A stretch of DNA of 64,000 nucleotides from an uncultured Gammaproteobacteria bacterium. GTDB taxonomy: Bacteria; Pseudomonadota; Gammaproteobacteria; DRLM01. Location: positions 8,874-72,873 of the forward strand of contig CAWEOA010000004.1 in NCBI GenBank assembly GCA_963810615.1, in the 5' to 3' direction. Shown piece after piece: positions 10,094 to 17,891 of the stretch. A model generated the notes under the pieces. The model had not been told where the DNA came from. It worked only from the letters and a program-made list of their open reading frames with translations, and did not search any database. Numbering within the stretch: the stretch's first letter is position 1; every line of letters begins with the position of its first letter. Made by a program: the position numbers and the translations under genes.

Positions 10094-11056
10094 TTACGCC
10101 GCCGGCGCTTCCTCGATATTGATATAAGGCGACATGGCTTTTGCCAGTTCGCGCGGATCGAACTTGGGTACATAACCGTCAACACCCACGGATTTACCGA
10201 CGGAGATATTGGCATCGGAGGATAGCGATGAATGCATGATGACCGGGATCCCCTTGAAGCGCTTGTCATCCTTAATCTTACGCGTCAAGACATAACCATC
10301 CATGCCCGGCATCTCGATGTCGGTCAGGACCAGCTGTACGAGCTCGGATGTCGGGACCTTCATGATATCGGCCCGTTCCGCAAGCTCGGTCAGACGTTCC
10401 CACGCCTCTTCCCCGTTCTTGGCCGCCATGTGCTTGACGCCGAGAGTATCCAGGGTCTTGGCGATTTGTTTACGCGCAACCGAAGAATCGTCGACATAGA
10501 AAACGGTGGCCTGATTGTGAATTTTCTCCATACCATCAAAGGCGGTATTGTCTTCGAGTTTCCCGGCAGTCTCGGCCAGAACCTTCTCGACGTCGATAAG
10601 CATGACGATGCGTTGGTCCTCCAACTCGGTCACGGCCGTCACCAGCCCACCCAGGCGATCCGCCAGCATCTGCGGCGGTACTTTGATGTCATTCCAATCC
10701 ATGCGCAGGATCTGCTCGACCGAATGCACGAGAAAGCCTTGGGTACTGCGATTGAAATCGGTGACGATCAAGATCTTCGGCGGCTCGTTGACCTGCATCG
10801 CGCAAAAATGCGACAGATCTATCACCGGTATCATCTGGCCGCGCAGGCTGATCATGCCCTGGACCCCGGGCGGCATATCCGGGGCGTGTGTCACCTGAGG
10901 GACATGCATTACCTCGCGAACCTTGAAGACATTGATCCCGAAGACCTCCTCACGGCCGGTCTGCGTATCGACACCCAAACTGAATAGAAGAATCTCAAGC
11001 CGGTTGGCACCGGCGAGACGGGTTCGTTGGTCTACCGACCGCATAAAGTCACTCAT
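10094..11056 (-). CDS. cheV: chemotaxis coupling protein CheV (CheW domain + receiver domain)
   Basis: N-terminal CheW-like domain (FGINVFKVREVMHVP...ISLRGQMIPVIDL). C-terminal REC domain (VFYVDDSSVARK...VLTDIEMPGMDGY...KIK). Confidence 0.85.
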   Translation of the reverse strand: MSDFMRSVDQRTRLAGANRLEILLFSLGVDTQTGREEVFGINVFKVREVMHVPQVTHAPDMPPGVQGMISLRGQMIPVIDLSHFCAMQVNEPPKILIVTDFNRSTQGFLVHSVEQILRMDWNDIKVPPQMLADRLGGLVTAVTELEDQRIVMLIDVEKVLAETAGKLEDNTAFDGMEKIHNQATVFYVDDSSVARKQIAKTLDTLGVKHMAAKNGEEAWERLTELAERADIMKVPTSELVQLVLTDIEMPGMDGYVLTRKIKDDKRFKGIPVIMHSSLSSDANISVGKSVGVDGYVPKFDPRELAKAMSPYINIEEAPAA

Positions 11057-11194
11057 GGCTTCCCCCAGAATTCAAATTAGTTCTGGTCTAAACATCGACC
11101 CTCGCGGCAAATGTTTAAGGGTAAGAATCGGCTATTGCTCCATAAGAAAGCCCTGATTTGAATCAAGCTTTTATTCGAACACACGGAAGAGGAG

Positions 11195-11220
11195 CGGCGG
11201 GCCGACCGTGCGGCCCGCCG
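11195..11220 (-). terminator. strong GC hairpin downstream of the VOC gene (possible terminator)
   Basis: CGGCGGGCCG-ACCGTG-CGGCCCGCCG, a 10-bp perfect stem. No clear U-tract on either strand, so the function is uncertain. Confidence 0.3.
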
Positions 11221-11291
11221 AGCCTTTGCATTTTCAACGCAACTAATTGATAAAAAAATAGAATTTAACGAAAGAGGAGCGGGGGCATCCC

Positions 11292-11705
11292 TCACGGCGT
11301 CACAACGATCATCCACGACACGCCGAAACGGTCGGCGACCATACCGAAGCGCGAAGAGAAGAAGGTCTTGGTCAAAGGCATCTGCACCTGGCCGCCATCG
11401 AGCAAAGCAGTGTACAGGCGTTCCGCCTCCTTATCGTCCGCAACCGTGAGCGACAGCGAAATACCTTGAAAGCTGGGTTGGTCCAGGCAGCGGCCGTCCG
11501 AGGCCATCACCGTCGTTTCCCCGAGGCGAAAGCTGGCATGCATGATCTTATTCTCGGAACCGGGGGGGACCATATCGGGCGGCGGCGGCTCGGGGCTGTC
11601 CTTATAACGCAACAACCCCGTCACTTCGGCGCCAAGCACGTCACAATAGAATTGGATCGCCTCTTCTGCGCGACCATCAAAGAACAGATAGGGTTGGACT
11701 TGCAT
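11292..11705 (-). CDS. VOC/glyoxalase-fold protein (PhnB-like)
   Basis: MQVQPYLFFDGRAEEAIQFY...FGVSWMI is typical of PhnB/3-demethylubiquinone methyltransferase-like VOC proteins. Confidence 0.75.
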   Translation of the reverse strand: MQVQPYLFFDGRAEEAIQFYCDVLGAEVTGLLRYKDSPEPPPPDMVPPGSENKIMHASFRLGETTVMASDGRCLDQPSFQGISLSLTVADDKEAERLYTALLDGGQVQMPLTKTFFSSRFGMVADRFGVSWMIVVTP

Positions 11706-11755
11706 GCTATTTCCTTTCTCGAATTTGAACGTAACTTTAGTGTTGCCGTAGACGG

Positions 11756-12100
11756 CTAGGAACCGGCCATATCGCGAATTGGCCGGATCGGCCGCACCTC
11801 GATGCAGCCGACCTGCGCCGGCGGGATTTTCGCCGCCACTTGGACGGCCTCGTTAAGATCCCGAGCCTCGATGAGATAAAACCCGGCGAGCTGTTCCTTG
11901 GTCTCGGCGAAGGGACCGTCGGTGAGCGTAACCCTTCCGTTGCGCACCCGCACGGTGGTCGCCGTATTCACAGGCTGCAGCGCTTCGGACGCGAGACACT
12001 GTCCCTTGTCACGCAGCGCGGCATCGTACTCAATGCATTCGTCGACCGGCATGGACTGGATGTCCCGTTCATCTCCATATACCAGGCACAGGTATTTCAT
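11756..12100 (-). CDS. YciI-like (DGPF motif) protein
   Basis: 114 aa; DGPFAETKEQLAGFYLIEA motif. Confidence 0.8.
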   Translation of the reverse strand: MKYLCLVYGDERDIQSMPVDECIEYDAALRDKGQCLASEALQPVNTATTVRVRNGRVTLTDGPFAETKEQLAGFYLIEARDLNEAVQVAAKIPPAQVGCIEVRPIRPIRDMAGS

Positions 12101-12170
12101 ATAGCCCTCCCGCTCAGGTTAAGTAATGAGGTGACCCGCCAGTCGTCGGTGCGGAGCGATCACGCTGTGT

Positions 12171-12587
12171 TCAGTGTTGGTTACCGGTATCCAAGTCACG
12201 GAAGCGCTCGATCGCCGCATTAGGCTCGAAGTCTTCCAATTCGAATAATTGCCGCACCTCGATTTCCGCGATGCCGCTGTCACCGGCGGGATTGGGAAAC
12301 CGCTGCGTCCACTCCAACGCCTCTTCCCGGGACTTGGCCTGGATGAGCGTATAACCGGCGATCAACTCCTTGGTCTCGGCGAAAGGCCCGTCGGTCACGC
12401 TGCGTTGCGCGCCGTTGTAGCCGATACGCCAACCCTTGGCGCTGGGCTGCAAGCCGGAGGCATCGAGCAGCATGCCGGCCTGAGCCAGTTTTTCGTGGTA
12501 CTCCACCATTTCGGCCAAGAGCGCCTCCTTGGGCATGACCCCGGCCTCGGTGTCCTGGGTGGCCTTGACGATAATCATGAATCTCAT
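12171..12587 (-). CDS. YciI-like (DGPF motif) protein
   Basis: 138 aa; DGPFAETKELIAGYTLIQA motif. Confidence 0.8.
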   Translation of the reverse strand: MRFMIIVKATQDTEAGVMPKEALLAEMVEYHEKLAQAGMLLDASGLQPSAKGWRIGYNGAQRSVTDGPFAETKELIAGYTLIQAKSREEALEWTQRFPNPAGDSGIAEIEVRQLFELEDFEPNAAIERFRDLDTGNQH

Positions 12588-12665
12588 GCTTGTATCTCCT
12601 TTGCTTATGGAACGGTTAGATACCCTATAGTCGATCCACGAGGCAATAAATCGACACCGCTACCA

Positions 12666-13913
12666 TTAATTTTTCAGCTCGGCCAAACGCCGCTCCAGAA
12701 AGCGCCGTTCCGGCTCCTGGCGAGTGAGCGTCAGCGCCCGTTGGTAGGCGGACACGGCGTCCGCCGTCCGTCCCGCTCTGCGGCATAGATCGGCCCGCGC
12801 CGCATGCGCAAGACGATAATCCGCCAGTTCGCCGCGCGCCAAAATGTCATCGATAAGCGCCAGTCCCGCCGTCGGTCCGTCGCGCATCGCCACCGCCACG
12901 GCGCGGTTCAGCTCGATTACCGGCGACGACTCGATGCGCAGCAATACGTCGTACAAGCCGACGATCTGCACCCAATCGGTTTGAGCCGCTGTGGCCGCCT
13001 CGGCATGCACCGCAGAAATCGCCGCCTGGAGCGAATATGGGCCGAAGCGGCGCGACGCCAAAGCGCGCTCGACCAATGCCAATCCCTCGTTGATATATTC
13101 GCGGTTCCACAGTGTACGGTCCTGCTCTTCGAGCAGGATCAAATCACCCGCCGCCGAGCTGCGTGCCGCGCGCCGCGATTCATTCAACAGCATCAGCGCC
13201 AACAGACCCAATGCCTCGGGCTCGGGCAGCAACTCCACCAATAACCTGCCCAGACGGATCGCCTCGCCCGAGAGATCGTGGCGCATCAATTCCATCCCCG
13301 CCGATGCCAGATAGCCCTCGTTGAACACCAGATAGACGACGCGCAGCACGCTGTCGAGCCGCTCCGCAAATTCCGCCGGCGACGGCACTTGATAGGGAAT
13401 GCGCGCATCGCGGATCTTGGATTTTGCGCGTACGATGCGTTGCGCCAGCGTCGGAGCAGCAGTGAGAAACGCCTGCGCGATCTCTTCGGTGGTCAACCCG
13501 CATACCTCGCGCAGCGTCAAGGCCACTTGCGCGTCCGCCGGCAGGGCCGGATGACAGCAGGTAAAGATCAGCCTGAGGCGATCGTCCTCTACACCTTCGT
13601 CATCCCCCAGCACGCAGTCATCGTCGCCGGCGATCTCTGTAACATCATCGTCCAGAGAGGTAAAGCGTGCGCGGCGGCGCATGCCGTCGATGGCCTTGAA
13701 GCGCGCGGTGGATACCAGCCACGCACGCGGCTTGGCCGGCACGCCGTCCCGCGGCCATTGTTCCAGCGCCGCCCTGAAGGCGTCGTGTAGCGCCTCCTCT
13801 GCGCTGTCGAAATCGCCGAGCAAACGCACCAAGGTGGCGAAGACGCGGCGCGACTCGGTGCGATACAAGCCGTCCACCACCTCGCGCATATTTTCATTTG
13901 TATTTGCGTTCAT
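12666..13913 (-). CDS. ECF-type sigma-70 factor with a long C-terminal extension (COG4941 / ECF42-like)
   Basis: Sigma2 region (RAWLVSTARFKAIDGMRRR) and sigma4 region (LTLREVCGLTTEEIAQAFLTAAPTLAQRIVRAK), then a ~230-aa helical/TPR-like tail. Followed by two DGPF genes, the signature context of this ECF group. Confidence 0.85.
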   Translation of the reverse strand: MNANTNENMREVVDGLYRTESRRVFATLVRLLGDFDSAEEALHDAFRAALEQWPRDGVPAKPRAWLVSTARFKAIDGMRRRARFTSLDDDVTEIAGDDDCVLGDDEGVEDDRLRLIFTCCHPALPADAQVALTLREVCGLTTEEIAQAFLTAAPTLAQRIVRAKSKIRDARIPYQVPSPAEFAERLDSVLRVVYLVFNEGYLASAGMELMRHDLSGEAIRLGRLLVELLPEPEALGLLALMLLNESRRAARSSAAGDLILLEEQDRTLWNREYINEGLALVERALASRRFGPYSLQAAISAVHAEAATAAQTDWVQIVGLYDVLLRIESSPVIELNRAVAVAMRDGPTAGLALIDDILARGELADYRLAHAARADLCRRAGRTADAVSAYQRALTLTRQEPERRFLERRLAELKN

Positions 13914-14238
13914 CGTTCCGTATCCGTCCGGTTTTCATCAAGCACCCTTGATTCGCGGCGGCGGCGATGCCAGAAAGGCGCCGCCGTGACTCCCTCGCGC
14001 GCGCGGGGGCGATTCACCTCATCCCTGACTTGCTGGATGAGTCCGCGTTGCTCGAGGCGATTGAGGATGTGGGTAACCGTGCCCTGACTGAGGCTGACGC
14101 GTCCCGCCAGTTCGCCGACGGTGAGGGGGCCGGCAGACCATGGCTTTCCAACAGCGTGCGGGAATGCAGATCCACGGCGCGAATCACTCGGCGCAGCGCG
14201 ATTATCACCTGGTCGGCAAGATTTGATTTGCCTTTCAT
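13910..14238 (-). pseudogene. decayed MarR-type winged-helix regulator
   Basis: The N-terminus LADQVIIALRRVIRAVDLHSRTLLESHGL is MarR-like. The recognition-helix part (PLTVGELAGRVSLSQGTVTHILNRLEQRGLI) is in a different frame. About 12 aa are missing between the two, and the wing looks degenerate. The shifted frame ends in a TGA that overlaps the sigma ATG (ATGA at 13910-13913). Confidence 0.5.
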
Positions 14239-14457
14239 GAGAGTAGGTTCCGCAAATTATCTCGTGTCATAACTATATTAAATCCCCCCATCACCTTGGA
14301 CGCGCCTTGAAAAAAAGCCAATCTCCTGTAAAATTATGGCCTTAATTCACACATCGCCGCACTGCGGCACGGCGAATATCGTTTTGACCAAAAACAATAT
14401 TGGCAAGGAGCGTCGCCGGCGTACCTTGGGACGGCTCCTCCAATTATCTAAGTTGCC

Positions 14458-14730
14458 ATGACGGCCAAGCTCATCAGCCTCCTCACGCGCCATTGTAGCT
14501 TGCGAATCTCTGCACTGGTCGCCTTGTTATTGATATGGCAGCTGCCGACCGCGCTCGCCGAGACGCCACCGCAGACCCCCAGCCTGTCCAGCGATACCGA
14601 GAAGGTGACCGTGGCCCATCATCCGCCCTATCGCGCGTTTATGTTTTTCGTCGGCCTGGGTATGGTGGTATTGGTCGCGACACTGCCGCTGGAACGCAGC
14701 GCGGAAAGGGAACGCGATGACAGGCACTGA
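14458..14730 (+). CDS. possible small secreted/membrane protein
   Basis: Signal-like N-terminus (ISALVALLLIWQLPTALA) and one TM segment (FMFFVGLGMVVLVATL). No SD sequence and no homology recognised. Overlaps the next gene by 14 nt. Confidence 0.3.
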   Translation: MTAKLISLLTRHCSLRISALVALLLIWQLPTALAETPPQTPSLSSDTEKVTVAHHPPYRAFMFFVGLGMVVLVATLPLERSAERERDDRH

Positions 14731-15958
14731 ACTGCGAGTCAATGCCCAGCGCCTCCGCGAGGATATCGATGCCCTGGCGCGCATCGGCCGTCATGAAGAT
14801 CACGGCATCTATCGCATGTCCTTCAGCACGGGAGACAAGGCGGGCCGCGACTGGTTGCGGCAACGCATCACCGACAGCGGCTTGACCCTTCATCAGGACG
14901 GCGCCGCCAATATCTGCGCCCGCCTCAACTGGGACGGCAAGACTCCAGGCGTCATGGCTGGCTCGCACATCGATACCGTGCCCGGCGCCGGTCATCTCGA
15001 CGGCGCGCTGGGTGTGGTGTGCGCACTGGAAGCGCTGCGGGTCTTGCAGGAAGAAAATATCAGCTTGCGCCGCCCCCTGGAGGCGGTAGCCTTCACCGAC
15101 GAAGAAGGCCGTTTCGGCGGCATGTTCGGCTCGCAGGCCATCGCCGGCCTGGTGACGCCGGAGTATCTGCACAATGCCTGCGACCTAGACGGGGTCAGCC
15201 TGGTCACCGCCATGGCGGAACACGGCCTGGATGCCCGCGAAGCCCTGCACGCCCAGCGCCCGCCCGGCAGTATTCACGCCTATGTGGAACTGCACATCGA
15301 ACAAGGACCGGTGCTGGATCGCAAGGGCGTCAGCATCGGTATCGTCGACGCCATCACCGGCCTGTTCAAATGGGAGATCACCTTGAGCGGCGCCGCCAAC
15401 CACGCCGGCACCACCCCCATGAACATGCGCACCGACGCCTTTCAGGGACTGGCGGAATTCGCCGGCGAGATCGACCGCGTGCTGGAGGAGTACGGCAGCC
15501 CGCGCAGCACCGCCACCATCGGCCGGGTCGAGCTGATACCGGGTGCGGCCAACGTCATCCCCGGACAGGTGATCTTTTCACTGGACGTGCGCGACGCGGA
15601 CGACGCCACCCTGCAGATGCTGGGCGACGCCTTTAACCGCACCCTGGCGGCCATCGCGCGTCGCCGCGGCCTGATGTTCGAGTTCGCGGTGTTGAGCGAA
15701 CTCGCGCCGGTGCGCTGTGCCGCGCAGGTGCTGCAGGCCATCGAACAAGCGGTGGAAAACGCAGGGCTGTCTTCGACCCACATCACCAGCGGCGCCGCCC
15801 ACGACGCCCAGATCATCGCCGGCATCGCCCCCGCCGGGATGATCTTCGTGCCCAGCAAGGAAGGCCGCAGCCACTCGGCGGCGGAGTGGACCGCCTGGGC
15901 CGACATCGAGGCCGGGGCCAACACCTTATTGAACGCATTGCGGCGATTGGCAAGTTGA
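14717..15958 (+). CDS. M20-family amidohydrolase (N-carbamoyl-L-amino-acid hydrolase / allantoate amidohydrolase family)
   Basis: The motifs GSHIDTVPGAGHLDGALGV, FTDEEG, ELHIEQGPVL, GAANHAGTTPM and GAAHDA are characteristic of the AmaB/AllC-type subfamily. AAGGGA lies upstream of the ATG. Confidence 0.85.
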   Translation: MTGTELRVNAQRLREDIDALARIGRHEDHGIYRMSFSTGDKAGRDWLRQRITDSGLTLHQDGAANICARLNWDGKTPGVMAGSHIDTVPGAGHLDGALGVVCALEALRVLQEENISLRRPLEAVAFTDEEGRFGGMFGSQAIAGLVTPEYLHNACDLDGVSLVTAMAEHGLDAREALHAQRPPGSIHAYVELHIEQGPVLDRKGVSIGIVDAITGLFKWEITLSGAANHAGTTPMNMRTDAFQGLAEFAGEIDRVLEEYGSPRSTATIGRVELIPGAANVIPGQVIFSLDVRDADDATLQMLGDAFNRTLAAIARRRGLMFEFAVLSELAPVRCAAQVLQAIEQAVENAGLSSTHITSGAAHDAQIIAGIAPAGMIFVPSKEGRSHSAAEWTAWADIEAGANTLLNALRRLAS

Positions 15959-15960
15959 AC

Positions 15961-16710
15961 ATGAGCAAGGAAAACGAAAAAGACATCAAGGCGGGCATCG
16001 AGGCTTTTCTCGAAGTCGATCCCTTACGGGATACCTATCGGAAATCTATCACCCATACACCGGCGGTAACACGCTCGTTGCGGGCACACAAAACCGCACT
16101 GCTGTGTATCGACCTGCAATATCTGGACGCGGCGCCGGGATACGGCGTGTTCGCCGACGTAGCGGCCTCGGGCGTACCCCTGGAGGCGCAGGAATATTAT
16201 TTCGAGCGTCTGCATAACATCGTATTACCCAATGTGCGCCGCCTACAGGATGCCTTTCGCGTCCATCAACTGGAAGTGATCCACACCCGCATTCAGTCCC
16301 TCACCCAGGACGGCCGCGACCGCAGCGTCGGACACAAGCGTCTCGGCTTGCACGCCGCGCCGGGTTCCAAGGAGGCCGAGTTCATTGAACAGGTCGCACC
16401 CATCGACAACGAGATCGTCATCAACAAAACTGCCAGCGGCGTGTTCAACGCCACCAATATCGAATACATCCTGCGCAACATGGACATCAACGGTCTGGTG
16501 GTGGTGGGCGTCTACAGCAACGAATGCGTGTCCACCGCGATCCGCGACGCCTGCGACCTGGGTTTTCACGTCACCCTCATCGCCGACGGCTGCGCCACGG
16601 TGACCCCCGAACTGCAGAAGGCCACCATCACCACCATGAAGGACCGCTATGCGCGGGTGATGACCGCCGATGAGGCCATCGCCGAGATTCAACAGGTGGT
16701 GGAATCATGA
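15961..16710 (+). CDS. isochorismatase-family cysteine hydrolase (amidase-type)
   Basis: Catalytic-triad contexts LLCIDLQ (Asp), VINKTASGVF (Lys) and VVGVYSNECVSTAIRDA (Cys). Start taken at the ATG at 15961, 2 nt after the M20 stop. Confidence 0.85.
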   Translation: MSKENEKDIKAGIEAFLEVDPLRDTYRKSITHTPAVTRSLRAHKTALLCIDLQYLDAAPGYGVFADVAASGVPLEAQEYYFERLHNIVLPNVRRLQDAFRVHQLEVIHTRIQSLTQDGRDRSVGHKRLGLHAAPGSKEAEFIEQVAPIDNEIVINKTASGVFNATNIEYILRNMDINGLVVVGVYSNECVSTAIRDACDLGFHVTLIADGCATVTPELQKATITTMKDRYARVMTADEAIAEIQQVVES

Positions 16711-16828
16711 ACAACATGCACAGCGCCGCGCTGGCCTGGTTGGCTGGTCGGCATCGCTACTCTGGTCACGGTGCTGGCACCCATCGTGTTGATCATTTTC
16801 TGGATAGAGACTTGGTAAAGGGACGCTT

Positions 16829-17890
16829 ATGGTAGACAACACACTACACCCCAGATTGCAGGAACCCGTCGAGAAACACATCCTGGACACCCAGGGATTC
16901 GAACGTCCCCGCGAACTGCTGGATCACATCGAGGAGGACCTCACCCCTCTGCTGAGTCTGGCGCAGCGCCCGGTGGTCTCGGCGCGTCAATTCAATCGCG
17001 AACAGCTGACCCAACTCGCCCGTCTGGCCGCCCGTTACGAGACCCAGCCGCAGTTGATCACCCGGCCGCTGACCGGCAAGATCCTCGTCAGCGCCTTCTA
17101 CGAACCCAGCACCCGCACCCGCCTGTCGTTCGAGAGCGCCTGGCACCGCTTGGGCGGCGATATCATGTCCATTACCGACCCCGCCTCCACCGGTATCGCC
17201 AAGGGCGAATCGCTTTACGACGTGGGCGAGATGCTCAATCATTACGGCGACCTGGTGGTGCTGCGCGACAGCGACGCCAACGCCGTGTACGAAATGCTGG
17301 AATCGCTGCGCATCCCCATCATCAACGGCGGCAACGGCAGTGACGAGCACCCCACCCAGGCCATGGCCGACATCTATACCCTGCTCAAATGGCGGCCCAC
17401 GCTGTGCACGTCGGACATCGATCCAACCCAGCGCATCCATATCGGCATCATCGGCGTGCCGGGACGCATGCGCACCGTGCGCAGCCTGCTGTCGCTGTTG
17501 TCGCTGTTCGCCAATGCCATCAAGGAAGTGCTGATCATCAGCGATGAGAAACAGCCGTTCAGCAAGGGCCAGCGCGAAGACCTGGAGAAAGCGGGCTTGA
17601 ATCTGCGTGTCGCCTCCAACTTGAAAAAAGAGTTGCCCAAGCTGGATGTGGTCTACATTAATACCATCGCCTGGCTCGGCGACGACTACGAAGAACTGGG
17701 CAGCCGTTACCGCCTGGACAAGTCCTCACCGCTGAAAGAGGACGCCATCATCCTCCATCCCCTGGCGCGTGGCCAGGAACTGCAACGCGAACTCGACGAC
17801 ACGCCCCACAACTGGTACTTCGCTCAGGCCCGCGGCGCGGTGTTCATGCGCATGGCGCTGTTGTCTTCAATCTTGAAGGTGTTTACTTGA
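16829..17890 (+). CDS. aspartate/ornithine-carbamoyltransferase-fold protein with an atypical second-substrate site
   Basis: Carbamoyl-phosphate motifs are present: STRTR (FYEPSTRTRLSFE), HPTQ (SDEHPTQAMAD), KGESLYD. The C-terminal domain has GRMRTVRS and HPLA. See the findings for the deviations from PyrB. Confidence 0.8.
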   Translation: MVDNTLHPRLQEPVEKHILDTQGFERPRELLDHIEEDLTPLLSLAQRPVVSARQFNREQLTQLARLAARYETQPQLITRPLTGKILVSAFYEPSTRTRLSFESAWHRLGGDIMSITDPASTGIAKGESLYDVGEMLNHYGDLVVLRDSDANAVYEMLESLRIPIINGGNGSDEHPTQAMADIYTLLKWRPTLCTSDIDPTQRIHIGIIGVPGRMRTVRSLLSLLSLFANAIKEVLIISDEKQPFSKGQREDLEKAGLNLRVASNLKKELPKLDVVYINTIAWLGDDYEELGSRYRLDKSSPLKEDAIILHPLARGQELQRELDDTPHNWYFAQARGAVFMRMALLSSILKVFT

Positions 17891-17891
17891 T

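Noticed and set aside
16707-16832. 41-aa ATG-initiated ORF in the isochorismatase/transcarbamoylase gap
   Set aside because: Its Arg/His/Gly-rich product is non-protein-like. The hydrophobic signal in this gap is in the frame of the upstream gene instead (reported as a finding).
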